In this document: piece by piece, positions 42,122 to 52,309 of the stretch | Position numbering within the stretch: the first letter of the stretch is position 1 | Layout: each line of letters starts with the position of its first letter | Source of the DNA: a virus | Lineage: Duplodnaviria > Caudoviricetes | IMG/VR virus record: IMGVR_UViG_3300017963_000189 | Length of the DNA: 64,000 nt | Reading direction: 5' to 3' (one strand) | Position numbers and translations under genes: made by a program | The notes under the pieces: model-generated | What the model saw: only the letters and a program-made list of their open reading frames with translations | Told to the model about the DNA's origin: nothing | Databases searched by the model: none

Positions 42122-44695
42122 TTATTTTTCAGTAAATAGTTTATTCAACGCACGGGCAAGAGGTACAACTTGAGTAACATTAATATGTGTAGCATCTTTA
42201 CCATACATCATTTTAAATCTACTCATATCAGGATCAACTTTTGATGTGATGAAGAATGACAAGATTTTCACACCATTCGCCCGAATCTTATCTACATTAT
42301 GTTTCGCGATTTCATAAGCATTCATTCTTGAATACTCAGGAAGATTCTCATTTACCATATTAGGATAACCATCAGAGAAGTTTATAAAGTAACCATCTTT
42401 ACCGCTCATTGATTTGAGAATGTCTTTCATCACCGCTTCATAACATAGACCTTCTGGAGTAATTCCAAAAGTTCCGATATAAGGAAAGAGTTTTTGAATC
42501 TTTTTGAACTTATCTTTCCTTGAATCATATGCGATAACCATCAGAGGAATTTGATCATAATTATACCATTTACTCCGACGAGTTTTGGGTTTAGAATAAG
42601 TTCCACGAAATGAAATCACAACTTCAAGATTTTCAACTTGAGTAGCAGCGTAAGCAATCGCTACTGCAGCGATCATTGTGTTTTTCCATTTTTCACCACT
42701 CATTGAACCACTCGCATCAATAGTAATATGAACAACAGCGTTACCGTATTGATCTTTGTTGATTGTCTCAAAGATTTGAGTAGTACCAACACCTAATTGA
42801 TGTAATAGGCGACGATCTACTTTCCCAAAGGTTTTACGTTTACTTTTATATACCTTAGTTTCATTTCTAACTTGTAGTTTCTTCGCCAGAAGTTTTCCTA
42901 AACGAGTACCAGTAGTCACAGCTTCTTGTGATTCAGAATCAATCTTCGCTTCGTAAATAGGGTTATAATCTTCGTCACGTTCCCCTGTGTAATCCTTATC
43001 ACAAATCCCAAATGTCAACATAATGTCTTTGTTGAGTTTTCTAACTACATAAACATCGGTACCGGTTTTAGAATCACCTTGAACGTGTTCAACTGTCGTT
43101 CCAGCATCCTCAATATCTTTCAATGTCTTAGCATCTTTTTTACTCAAACCTTGTTTCTTAACGTCACCGTCTAACATATCGGATTGAGTTTCCAACTCTT
43201 TTTCAAGTTTCTTTTCATCTTTAGAATCTAAATCTTCAGGTTCTTCTTCGGGTTCTTCATCTTCCGATTCATCGTCAGAATCTTCATCGTCGCTCTCATT
43301 ACTTTCACTACCATTACTATCAGATTCATCATCAGTTTCATCTTCGTCTGATTCTTCGTCACCATCTTCACTTTCGTTACTATCGTTACTATCGTTACTT
43401 TCGTTATCATCGTCATTTTCGTCTATATCTTCATCAGTTCCATCAGCATTTCCGCCTTTGGAATTTTCACTATCGTCGGATTCTTCATCATTTTCAGTCT
43501 CGTCAGTATCACCATTACCAGATTCATCAGATTCGTTTTCATCATTTTCATCAGATTCGTCGTTTTCACCGTTTGTTGAAACACCATCATCGGATGAAAC
43601 ATCGTCGTTTTCATCTTCGTTTTCAACGGAATCGTCATTTTCATTTTCATCAGATTCTTCTGATGGTTCATTACTTGGCTCAGGTGTTCCGCTATCACCA
43701 GGATCAGAATCATCTAAATCACCAGCATCTTCGTAATCGTCTCTATTATCATTTTCTTCAGGAACATCTTGACTTGATCCATCACCGTCCTGCGGATCGC
43801 CTTGATCTGAAGATTCTTCGTTTTCATTTTCTTCATCTTGTTCGGGCTGCGGTGTAGGAATATTTTTAACAATCATTCTAACAACTTCAATCGCAACGTC
43901 AATAACTTCTTGAGTATTCTCAAGACGAGAAATGTTGGCGACATCAATAAGATTAATAATATCTTCTAATCCAGGAAGAGCTTTAGGATCACTCGCGGGA
44001 TTAATGTGATTGACAATTCTAAAATTGTATGATTTAAAATTTGGTTCACGACCAAAAGAACTTTCCAAACCTTTAGTGATAAGTTTAGAATGAAAATATT
44101 TCTTATACAATGCTGTATAATATGGTTCGTAACCAGGAATCATCTTAATCATTTTATCATCAATACGACGATCTTCAATATAATTTTCATAACTTTTTAC
44201 GATTTTACGAATAATAACATCTAAATTATGATGTTCCGCATAACCAATTCTTGTAGATTCGTCAATCAAATCTTGTGGAATTGTCCAAACATTTTTGGCT
44301 CCCCAACTATCCATCAAGTTTTTAAGAGCTTCCCAATCAGTCCAAAGAATATGACTTGACTCATGAAGTGCTAAACCAACAACAGAATCAAACTCTTTAT
44401 TCTTACATACAGCAGAAAGAATAACCTTATCTTCTTGATCGGTTACGTATGAATGACCTTTAAGATTATATACAACAGGAATGTCTTTACGTGTAGCGAT
44501 TTTTACGAATCGAGCGACTGCTCTACGATATGAAGCAAGAGTAATCAAATCTTTGTTATGTTTTGGAAGTTGACCTAACCAATAATTTGAATACAAATCA
44601 TCAGTAGAATTTTCATCTTCGTCGCCAAAACCATAACGATCTTTAATTACTTCCTCTAAATAGTCAACATCGTTATATGTAAGTTCTTTACTCAT
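42122..44695 (-). CDS. VWA-domain protein (CobT-like) with N-terminal HExxH region and long acidic linker
   Basis: LALHESSHILWT; >200-aa D/E/S/N-rich tract; MIDAS ITIDASGSMSG, TPEG, FSDG. Confidence 0.85.
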   Translation of the reverse strand: MSKELTYNDVDYLEEVIKDRYGFGDEDENSTDDLYSNYWLGQLPKHNKDLITLASYRRAVARFVKIATRKDIPVVYNLKGHSYVTDQEDKVILSAVCKNKEFDSVVGLALHESSHILWTDWEALKNLMDSWGAKNVWTIPQDLIDESTRIGYAEHHNLDVIIRKIVKSYENYIEDRRIDDKMIKMIPGYEPYYTALYKKYFHSKLITKGLESSFGREPNFKSYNFRIVNHINPASDPKALPGLEDIINLIDVANISRLENTQEVIDVAIEVVRMIVKNIPTPQPEQDEENENEESSDQGDPQDGDGSSQDVPEENDNRDDYEDAGDLDDSDPGDSGTPEPSNEPSEESDENENDDSVENEDENDDVSSDDGVSTNGENDESDENDENESDESGNGDTDETENDEESDDSENSKGGNADGTDEDIDENDDDNESNDSNDSNESEDGDEESDEDETDDESDSNGSESNESDDEDSDDESEDEEPEEEPEDLDSKDEKKLEKELETQSDMLDGDVKKQGLSKKDAKTLKDIEDAGTTVEHVQGDSKTGTDVYVVRKLNKDIMLTFGICDKDYTGERDEDYNPIYEAKIDSESQEAVTTGTRLGKLLAKKLQVRNETKVYKSKRKTFGKVDRRLLHQLGVGTTQIFETINKDQYGNAVVHITIDASGSMSGEKWKNTMIAAVAIAYAATQVENLEVVISFRGTYSKPKTRRSKWYNYDQIPLMVIAYDSRKDKFKKIQKLFPYIGTFGITPEGLCYEAVMKDILKSMSGKDGYFINFSDGYPNMVNENLPEYSRMNAYEIAKHNVDKIRANGVKILSFFITSKVDPDMSRFKMMYGKDATHINVTQVVPLARALNKLFTEK

Positions 44696-44723
44696 TTAGT
44701 CCTATCCTTAATTTTTATACTTA

Positions 44724-44752
44724 AATATAACGAATTCCGACGTATTTGTCAA
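44724..44752 (-). promoter_or_regulatory. sigma70-type promoter (repeat family)
   Basis: CAGAAAACAG-TTGACA-N17-TATATT. Confidence 0.85.
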
Positions 44753-45014
44753 CTGTTTTCTGGTTTTTCTGGTGAAAAAATTTTATCCCACCAACATATA
44801 ATTGTTGCGATTATGGCGAGCCCGATAAAAAATACTAAACCACCAATAAATATAATTACAAATAATGTTCCTATCATTTTAATCCTTTATGAACAAAATA
44901 ATGCTATTAAACCACAAATCCCTATAAACATGAATCGAGACTTTTGTTCTTCTGATGAAACTAAATATCCTATTACTCCAATGAATAAAAAAAGTAACGC
45001 GAGTGATGTCATAT

Positions 45015-45269
45015 TTAATCCTTTAATATTTTTGTATGTTGATATAAATAATATGGGAATGAAAACATTGTGATAAGTCCGGCGACAACTCCAATGATTT
45101 GAAAGATACCAAATAATATAACCATGAAATATATATCCTTAAACCATACACCAATAACGGTACAAATAATAGTACATCCAAGTAATATTAAAAATCCAAC
45201 CGTCATAACTAATGATTCTCTTTTCTCAAGATTCTTTATATCTACAAAATAGTTCCCTGTGAATTTCAT
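45015..45269 (-). CDS. membrane protein
   Basis: Two TM segments. Confidence 0.55.
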   Translation of the reverse strand: MKFTGNYFVDIKNLEKRESLVMTVGFLILLGCTIICTVIGVWFKDIYFMVILFGIFQIIGVVAGLITMFSFPYYLYQHTKILKD

Positions 45270-45270
45270 A

Positions 45271-45531
45271 TCAGTCCTCTAATTTCTCTATCAAATATTG
45301 TGGGTATAAAAAACTCGCGACATATAAAACACAAACTGCTAAACAACCAACAATAACAATCGGTAATCCTATCATCTTTGTTTCTAATGATGAATTCAAC
45401 CATGTATTGAAAACTAACCACCATTCAGCATAATTGAAATAATGTATTAGTGTCGGAGCAAATTTGATCGCTAAATATAATTGAACCCAAAATGTTAATA
45501 ACTGTAACGCTACAACTTTTCCTTTTTTCAT
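45271..45531 (-). CDS. membrane protein
   Basis: Two TM segments. Confidence 0.55.
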   Translation of the reverse strand: MKKGKVVALQLLTFWVQLYLAIKFAPTLIHYFNYAEWWLVFNTWLNSSLETKMIGLPIVIVGCLAVCVLYVASFLYPQYLIEKLED

Positions 45532-45845
45532 AATACCTTTCCCTCAACCTTTACCTTTTTATATGTCTTAATTTCGTGTGGGCGAATAATATGAACTTTC
45601 TTAGTTCGTTCATCAACTAAATGAAGATATACAACCTTATTAAAGTTTTCTACACGAGCATAATTATCATCGTTGTCGCCATCAAGTAATATATTCAACA
45701 CGCGACCATCATGATAATAATATGTCATATCATATATTCCATCCATGTCTACTGTCGCCGTCGATTCAACTGTACAACTCGATAACAATAACCCAACTAA
45801 TAACAATAACAAAAATCCCTTTAACTCTTTTGTAAATTCTATCAT
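45528..45845 (-). CDS. putative lipoprotein
   Basis: Lipobox-like LLLSSC. Confidence 0.55.
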   Translation of the reverse strand: MIEFTKELKGFLLLLLVGLLLSSCTVESTATVDMDGIYDMTYYYHDGRVLNILLDGDNDDNYARVENFNKVVYLHLVDERTKKVHIIRPHEIKTYKKVKVEGKVL

Positions 45846-46243
45846 TCTTCATCCCCTTTCGGTTTTAAATGTGGAAATAACTTGTAAAAACGCTTCCACG
45901 CCGTCTTTCGTTTTTTTCTTGGATAACGTAACCAACCACGCTGCGGGTGACCACTACCCTTATTTATAAAATCCTTGTTATCTTGTCTGGGACGCTTAGG
46001 CATCTTGTTATACTTTTGACGTTCCTCACAAAATTTACTTCCTCTATAATTTTCCCACCATATCTCCCGAACATCCCCTAATACCTTTAGATTCTTCGCC
46101 AGTTCAAAGATTTCATCAAGTATAGGATTACGATAATCACATTCATCTTTCAACTCTACAAACTTGTCATATTCCATCGGCCAAGTTATTGACATTAAAT
46201 ATATCATTCGTCGGTTCATCTTATTTCTTGACATCTTTTTCAT
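45842..46243 (-). CDS. basic hypothetical protein
   Basis: Tiling ORF. Confidence 0.6.
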   Translation of the reverse strand: MKKMSRNKMNRRMIYLMSITWPMEYDKFVELKDECDYRNPILDEIFELAKNLKVLGDVREIWWENYRGSKFCEERQKYNKMPKRPRQDNKDFINKGSGHPQRGWLRYPRKKRKTAWKRFYKLFPHLKPKGDEE

Positions 46244-46473
46244 TAGAACTCTCCATCATTTGCTAAATGCCACTTTTGACAATATGGACAAAAATAAACT
46301 TTCCATACTATACGTTCCCTATATCTCTCATTAGCTTCCCGGCCCCAAGCGAGTGCTTCTAACTCACTATTATATTGTTTCTTGTCACCACACATCTTTC
46401 GTCGCCGTTCTGCTTCTTCCTGTAACTCAGTGTCCCTGAGTTTCTTTTGTCGTCTTTTCTTTCTTCGTGTCAT
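46243..46473 (-). CDS. small Zn-finger-like phage protein
   Basis: CGDKKQY...VYFCPYCQKWHL. Confidence 0.6.
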   Translation of the reverse strand: MTRRKKRRQKKLRDTELQEEAERRRKMCGDKKQYNSELEALAWGREANERYRERIVWKVYFCPYCQKWHLANDGEF

Positions 46474-46474
46474 A

Positions 46475-46765
46475 TCAATTCAACGGTTTAATATACAATC
46501 CATCTTTATAGGCGATAAAACCCTCTCCACCAAACCAACTCTCGGCTTCCCTACACATTTCGCCAGGTTTATGATCAAAACCACATTTTACACATTTACC
46601 ATTTAGATAATTTTTCTTAAAGTTATCACAAAAATCTGCGATGCTCATAACAGTAAAATATTGATCAAGATAAATATCCCATAATTCTTCACAAGTCATT
46701 TTTGTCGTCTGACTCAACTTCCATATTCTACGTTTATTACGATTTCGTAACCTATTGAGATTCAT
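46475..46765 (-). CDS. hypothetical protein
   Basis: CVKCG..H...C. Confidence 0.55.
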   Translation of the reverse strand: MNLNRLRNRNKRRIWKLSQTTKMTCEELWDIYLDQYFTVMSIADFCDNFKKNYLNGKCVKCGFDHKPGEMCREAESWFGGEGFIAYKDGLYIKPLN

Positions 46766-46974
46766 TGTAACTCTCCATCTAAATAACCCAATATCAACTT
46801 TACAAGAGCATATATCAATGTAACACCACCAAAGAATATAAATCCTGCTGCGAGTGTTTGGAACGCTAATGATAATCCTACTGAAAATAATAATGCTCCC
46901 ATAAATAATACTTTTACCAATTCACTTTTATTCATTACATAATCCTTTCTATTATGTTTGTCGCCTTTTCCCAA
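46762..46974 (-). CDS. membrane protein
   Basis: Two TM segments; start probably MNKSE. Confidence 0.5.
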   Translation of the reverse strand: MGKGDKHNRKDYVMNKSELVKVLFMGALLFSVGLSLAFQTLAAGFIFFGGVTLIYALVKLILGYLDGELQ

Positions 46975-47309
46975 TTCCTGGCGAAAAATCTATTAATCTC
47001 AAATTTATTTAAACTATATATCAAAGTAATCAACAAACCAATTACTATAACAACCATATAAAGCAATAACACAGATTTAAGTTCTATACTATAAGTTTGA
47101 TGAATCCAAAGAGCTAATACGGCGAGCCCGTAAAGAGCAGCAAAAACACCTAATGAAGTTAAAGTTGTTTTCCACTTTTTAATCATAATAACCCAGGGAC
47201 GCCAGAACAAAAATCGTAACAACTCAAAAATCTTCAAGGCGACAAAAACAAGAATTGTCAATATAAACTTCAATACTCTTAATATGTAATATAAAATTAT
47301 CCCAAACAT
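46935..47309 (-). CDS. membrane protein
   Basis: Hydrophobic segments. Confidence 0.55.
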   Translation of the reverse strand: MFGIILYYILRVLKFILTILVFVALKIFELLRFLFWRPWVIMIKKWKTTLTSLGVFAALYGLAVLALWIHQTYSIELKSVLLLYMVVIVIGLLITLIYSLNKFEINRFFARNWEKATNIIERIM

Positions 47310-47433
47310 TTCTTAATCTCCTTTATTAAAAGTACTGTCACAAATAAAGTAATTCCACCTAATATACCAACTATAAATGCTTCTACTAAAAAATTTACAA
47401 ACGGACTTAACATAACCTCTGTTCCTTATAATA

Positions 47434-48678
47434 TTATTTAACAAGATTCATTCTTTTAATTGAACGATTACTACTTGTACTCAATACATAAAAATAAGTT
47501 CCACTCGCTAACTCACTACCATCAAAATCTACGGAATAACTACCAACATTCAATCGACCATTAACTAATACTTCAACAACCCTACCCTGAATGTCATATA
47601 CAACTAACTTAACATTGTCGGTATTAGGAATACTAAATTCAATCGTAGTGTTCGGATTAAATGGATTCGGATAGTTTTGAAAAACATTAAACTCAATAGG
47701 AATGTCGCCTAACGTCTCAATAGAATTTGGTTCTTCTACCTTTGGTTCGGTTAACGGACTCTCGTAGGCACCTAAATCAGGTAACCCAGGACCACATCTC
47801 GGATTTCCCTCTATATCTAATTCGGGAGCATAATACATCGTTGAATCAACTAATATGGAATCAACTCCAGCTCCAATAGCGGATGAATAATCACTTAAAT
47901 GATAATCGTTGTTTTCAAGTGAAACAAACACTGTGTCGCCCAATGTCTCACCGAATGGGGCATAAATCGAATTTGATATTGTCGCTTCTCCATCATGTGC
48001 GTTTAAAGTAACACTTTTTGTAATAATAGAATTGATAACTGTTATCTTTAATCTACTCTTGTCGGTTTCTTGATAGCCTTCAATCGGACCGGTAACAGTT
48101 GAATTCATAATAATAGAATGAAAAACTTCCTTTGGTTCTTTACGTTCACTCTCACTATAAAGATAAATACCAGTATAAAAATCAAGTCCATAAACTATAC
48201 TATTCGTCATTTCAGTAGAAGTAGATATGAAAGCAACTCCGGCGAAATGATTTGAATTCACAATAAGATTGCGTAATTTACAAGAAATGTTTTCATTAAA
48301 ATTATTAGACATACATAAAACTTGAGCGCCATAGTCTTCAAATCCCCAACTAATTGCTCTACCCCCTTTAATAGTAAATCCAATTACTTCACTACTATCA
48401 GCTTGTACCCATAATGCTTCGCCAGAACCTAAATCACCATCAATAATTGTATTCAAAATATGAAAATATCTGGCGTCCAATATAAATTCTGAAGCTAAAA
48501 CAATACTCTTGTTAAGTATAACATTTGAGTATGTTCCATCACGAACGATTATTGTATCACCATCTGCTACGGAATCAATAGCCGTTTGAATCGTCGGATA
48601 ATTATCCGGTACATATACCGTTTCACCAAACGATAACGACACTAAAACTAAACTTAACAAAATAACTAAATACTTCAT
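47434..48678 (-). CDS. secreted beta-helix (pectin-lyase-like) protein with T9SS-type C-terminal sorting-like domain
   Basis: Signal peptide MKYLV...SLSFG-E; VPDNYPTIQTAID...GDTIIVRDGTY; DYHLSDYSSAIGAG; C-terminal FQNYPNPFNPNTTIEF...VYDIQGRVV..L...ASGTYFYVL...KRMNLVK. Confidence 0.85.
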   Translation of the reverse strand: MKYLVILLSLVLVSLSFGETVYVPDNYPTIQTAIDSVADGDTIIVRDGTYSNVILNKSIVLASEFILDARYFHILNTIIDGDLGSGEALWVQADSSEVIGFTIKGGRAISWGFEDYGAQVLCMSNNFNENISCKLRNLIVNSNHFAGVAFISTSTEMTNSIVYGLDFYTGIYLYSESERKEPKEVFHSIIMNSTVTGPIEGYQETDKSRLKITVINSIITKSVTLNAHDGEATISNSIYAPFGETLGDTVFVSLENNDYHLSDYSSAIGAGVDSILVDSTMYYAPELDIEGNPRCGPGLPDLGAYESPLTEPKVEEPNSIETLGDIPIEFNVFQNYPNPFNPNTTIEFSIPNTDNVKLVVYDIQGRVVEVLVNGRLNVGSYSVDFDGSELASGTYFYVLSTSSNRSIKRMNLVK

Positions 48679-48697
48679 AATATAACCCTTTCTTTGT

Positions 48698-48961
48698 TTA
48701 TTTACTTTCATCTAATATATTATCTATATACCAAATATCTGCTTCGGTAATCGGATCAAATTCTTCCTTGAAATATTTACGACCAAATGAATCTTCTATA
48801 TATCCACTTTCGCCCACATTCCACTGATCACGAAACATCAATCCATCATATTCTTCCTGAGTAATGTATATCCGCATCCAGAATCGCGGTGGTACATCAT
48901 ACATCGCTTTTACATACCTGTACTTCTGTCCTCGGTATTCCATCTTAAACTCCATATCCAT
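48698..48961 (-). CDS. hypothetical protein
   Basis: Tiling ORF. Confidence 0.55.
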   Translation of the reverse strand: MDMEFKMEYRGQKYRYVKAMYDVPPRFWMRIYITQEEYDGLMFRDQWNVGESGYIEDSFGRKYFKEEFDPITEADIWYIDNILDESK

Positions 48962-49098
48962 TTATCAACTGAAATTGTTTCAACTTCTCAATCTCAATCT
49001 TAGTTCTAATAATATCCAACTCCAATTTAATTATTTGAGCTTGACGCTGATCGATGATCTTACTTTTGAGTAATCTCATAACATCTTTGTATACATCA

Positions 49099-49386
49099 CT
49101 ATTTCTTGACATTTTTATTTCCTTTTACACTAATATAAGACTTTTTAGAATACTTGTCAACTGTTTTTTTCAGATACCATTGATAAATGGCGAAAATCTT
49201 ATCAAAAAATGTAACATCACTTACTAAGTAACAACTGTGTTCTTGACCAGTATACTTCACTTTATTATCATGAAATATCTTTTCTTTTCCATACTTAGTA
49301 CAATAAATGTATTTACCATGTTCATTCTTGAATATACATTTTTCGCCAACTAAAATGTTATTAAAATACTTTTTTTCTAACTTCAT
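49099..49386 (-). CDS. hypothetical protein
   Basis: Tiling ORF. Confidence 0.5.
   Translation of the reverse strand: MKLEKKYFNNILVGEKCIFKNEHGKYIYCTKYGKEKIFHDNKVKYTGQEHSCYLVSDVTFFDKIFAIYQWYLKKTVDKYSKKSYISVKGNKNVKK
49132..49160 (-). promoter_or_regulatory. sigma70-type promoter (repeat family)
   Basis: AAAACAG-TTGACA-N17-TATATT, inside the 3' end of ORF 49099-49386. Confidence 0.8.
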
Positions 49387-49700
49387 TAAAATATCCCACT
49401 AAAACTTTGAAATGAAAATCCCATTATTAAAATTAAAAATACACCGATCGCCGTCAACAATGAAAATATCGATATTCCTACAAATTCCATCGGTGTCATA
49501 CTTTGCAATGTTGTATTCTTGTCATATGTAAAATACAAAAATAAAACTCCAACAACTATCAAGAAAATTCCAGGGTTATCGGCGAAAACAAAAATAATCG
49601 ACACCAATACACTTATTATTACTGAAATTAAAAGTATACCTACAAATAACCCTACTAACCAATGACTACCTTGATTAAAATTTTGTCTACTCGTGTACAT
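49386..49700 (-). CDS. membrane protein
   Basis: Three TM segments. Confidence 0.55.
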   Translation of the reverse strand: MYTSRQNFNQGSHWLVGLFVGILLISVIISVLVSIIFVFADNPGIFLIVVGVLFLYFTYDKNTTLQSMTPMEFVGISIFSLLTAIGVFLILIMGFSFQSFSGIF

Positions 49701-49834
49701 TATATTTCCCTCGTGTTTAATTCAACTATAACTTTGTTTATCTCGCCCATTTCTTGTATGGAAGCACAAATGTAGCCAATAAGATAGGCGACAACCATCA
49801 AAAGAATACCTAATATAATCCATAAAAACATAAT

Positions 49835-50041
49835 TTACTCCATCAAATATTTATCTAAATAATTTTTAATTATTGTAAGTTTCTTTACTGTACCATGTAC
49901 GTAAAACATACTTGTATAAAATGAAATCTTTGTTTCTGTCCAAAACTCAATATACTTTTTTTCTTCACACTCAATACAAAATCGTCTGAAATCAGCCTTC
50001 CCAAAACCACTAACCTCATATCTCATTTTCGCTTCACTCAT
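49835..50041 (-). CDS. hypothetical protein
   Basis: Tiling ORF. Confidence 0.5.
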   Translation of the reverse strand: MSEAKMRYEVSGFGKADFRRFCIECEEKKYIEFWTETKISFYTSMFYVHGTVKKLTIIKNYLDKYLME

Positions 50042-50043
50042 TA

Positions 50044-50322
50044 TTAACCCTTTCCAAATAATCTAATCAAAATTGCTAATAACGCGGATAATATAACTAA
50101 ATCTTGTACCTTTAAATCACTCACTGGTTTATCAAACCAACTAGCAACTTGTGGTGAAGTAGCTATCATTTCTAATACATGGGCGAGAAAATAAACAATA
50201 CAAAATAAAACAAATAATCCTATAATTGTTCCCACAATTAAAAGTATAGCCTTTCCAAACCACGAATCTAAAATACTCCAAAATCCTAATGTAATCTTAT
50301 TCCACATATAAAACCTTTCCAC
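50044..50322 (-). CDS. membrane protein
   Basis: Two TM segments. Confidence 0.55.
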   Translation of the reverse strand: MERFYMWNKITLGFWSILDSWFGKAILLIVGTIIGLFVLFCIVYFLAHVLEMIATSPQVASWFDKPVSDLKVQDLVILSALLAILIRLFGKG

Positions 50323-50552
50323 AAGTTAAAGTGTCAACTAAATATTAAAGTGTCAACTAAATTCGTTTTGTATATGTTATCAACACTGAATATTTCCTAT
50401 CACTCATTTGATATTGTAACTCACATGAAACCCGTTCGTCGGGATATAGTGAATCTAAAAAATCATTTACCTTTTTCTCAAAACTTACTTCACGAGTATC
50501 TTCTATTAATTTAACCTGAAATTTCTTTGGTGACATAACTTATTCCTTTTAA

Positions 50553-50882
50553 TTAGTCATTTATTAATAATAATCTTATTCCATCTTCACTTTTATAATT
50601 CCATCCAGCTATCTCGTCACTGTTCATATCATTGTGCGTATGAAAAAATACCTTGTGATTCTCGGTCTCAACATTGATAACTTCCACGGAATCAAAATGT
50701 AACTTACCCTTACTATCCCTACGAGCGGGACCGGAAAAATCGTCAAAACGACCATCTAACTCGGATACTTCCCAAACTAAACTACGGTTCTTCTTGTTCC
50801 AAGCACGTTTCATCAATTCCTTTGTTACATATAATCTCATTCCTAAAATCCTTTCAAATTTTATCAGTACTATAATATACAA
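50553..50882 (-). CDS. hypothetical protein (true start probably MRLYV)
   Basis: The ORF-track start overlaps the -10 box. Confidence 0.5.
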   Translation of the reverse strand: MYIIVLIKFERILGMRLYVTKELMKRAWNKKNRSLVWEVSELDGRFDDFSGPARRDSKGKLHFDSVEVINVETENHKVFFHTHNDMNSDEIAGWNYKSEDGIRLLLIND

Positions 50883-50902
50883 AATAAAACCGTATTTGTC
50901 AA
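50874..50902 (-). promoter_or_regulatory. sigma70-type promoter (repeat family); its TGA is the upstream gene's stop
   Basis: CAGAAAACAG-TTGACA-N17-TATATT. Confidence 0.85.
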
Positions 50903-51150
50903 CTGTTTTCTGATAAATCTGGTAACTTTGGTAAATCCACTTTCATAAAATGTGCTTCCTCTACCTCACTCTCGTACATAAACTGCCCGCTCGCTACATA
51001 CATAAATCCATTAGCACACCTGTGTACTTCCATAAACATTAACTCCGGTTTAACGGTCTCACCATTCGGTCTGTCATACTTACCATATCGATAACCATAA
51101 AACCAATAACAACCTTCCTCTTTCGGAAATTCTCTACTCCATTTACTCAT
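50899..51150 (-). CDS. hypothetical protein
   Basis: GGAG SD; ends ENS*. Confidence 0.6.
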   Translation of the reverse strand: MSKWSREFPKEEGCYWFYGYRYGKYDRPNGETVKPELMFMEVHRCANGFMYVASGQFMYESEVEEAHFMKVDLPKLPDLSENS

Positions 51151-51272
51151 TCTAATTCTCCATTTCTCGGGGCGAGCCCGATACCAATCACTCTTTTAAT
51201 AATTTTACGTTCGGAAACGGCGACTCCACCAATAATTACTTTAATTAATTTCTCGCCGCTAACCAATATCCT

Positions 51273-51464
51273 TTAATTAAAAATAATCGTTTCGGAAACT
51301 TCTCTGGGTTGCGGAATATAAATAACTTCACCATCGGTAAATATGTTCATTTCCTTAAACTCGTATAAAGGAAGTTCCTCAATATCATCTACTAAATCAA
51401 TCGGTACGTTTCGTATAACCTTTTCACCTGAATCGTTGTGAAATATCATCTTGACTGTAACCAT
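51273..51464 (-). CDS. hypothetical protein
   Basis: GAAAGG SD. Confidence 0.5.
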   Translation of the reverse strand: MVTVKMIFHNDSGEKVIRNVPIDLVDDIEELPLYEFKEMNIFTDGEVIYIPQPREVSETIIFN

Positions 51465-51483
51465 TAAATAACCTTTCCTTTCT

Positions 51484-52098
51484 TTACCTCTGTAATACTA
51501 ACTTCTTAGTGTCTCTAAAATACGTTGTCGTCATTTGATAAAAATATACACCACTCGATACCTGTTCACCATTATCATTCCTACCATCCCACCGTATCTT
51601 GTAATGTCCTATATCCTTACTCTCGTCAACTAAAACCCTAACCTTGTTCCCTAACATATCATAAACTACTATCGTTACACTCGTGTTCTTTGCTATACTA
51701 TACTCAATCGTCGTTATGGGATTAAACGGGTTCAGATAATTTTGAGATAAATCATACGATTTATCTCCGTCATTATCCTCACCAACAATTCGTGTAACTG
51801 TCGTGCTGACTTCATTCGACGGCCCACTCTCTAATACATTTAAAGAATCATCATGATATACTGCTGTGACTTTCCAATAATATGTCTCTCCCTCTGTAAT
51901 CTGGTAATCATAATAAAAGGAATCTAAACCCGCTACATTATCTAAATATACCATCGTTCCTGCTTGTATATCCCTATACATCCTATAATCAATAAGTGTA
52001 TAATTTGGATCATTAGGTGGCGTCCACTCTAAATGTATATATTCCTGAGAAAATAACCCTTGACTTAATAAAAATAAAAATATTAATAATTTTCTCAA
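51484..52098 (-). CDS. secreted FN3-domain protein with FlgD-Ig/T9SS-type C-terminal domain
   Basis: Signal peptide; LEWTPP...Y.MYR...YYD...GETYYWKVTAVY...ESGPSNEV; LSQNYLNPFNPITTIEY...WDGRND.G.QVSSGVYFY...TKKLVLQR. Confidence 0.85.
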   Translation of the reverse strand: MRKLLIFLFLLSQGLFSQEYIHLEWTPPNDPNYTLIDYRMYRDIQAGTMVYLDNVAGLDSFYYDYQITEGETYYWKVTAVYHDDSLNVLESGPSNEVSTTVTRIVGEDNDGDKSYDLSQNYLNPFNPITTIEYSIAKNTSVTIVVYDMLGNKVRVLVDESKDIGHYKIRWDGRNDNGEQVSSGVYFYQMTTTYFRDTKKLVLQR

Positions 52099-52126
52099 TG
52101 CGCCTCTCCGGTTACGGCGACAATCC

Positions 52127-52309
52127 TTATTTCTTCTTGTCCACCAATTCTGCTTTCATGATACTTACATCAACTACTATATATGCTAAAGCTAATAATA
52201 CCATTCTCTCAAATGTATATATTCCAACATCAACACTTATTACAAATACAAAGTATACTATTAAATATGATCCAATTCTTTGAAAAACTCTTTTTGTGTG
52301 TTTATCCAT
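52127..52309 (-). CDS. small membrane protein
   Basis: Two TM segments. Confidence 0.5.
   Translation of the reverse strand: MDKHTKRVFQRIGSYLIVYFVFVISVDVGIYTFERMVLLALAYIVVDVSIMKAELVDKKK

Noticed and set aside
43228-43857. Alternative-frame ORFs within the VWA gene
   Set aside because: By-products of the low-complexity acidic tract (MKMMK and SSSS translations).
50326-50362. Tandem 18-bp duplication TTAAAGTGTCAACTAAAT containing TTGACA
   Set aside because: No -10 box at 17 nt for either copy; probably a local duplication at a gene junction or an assembly artefact.
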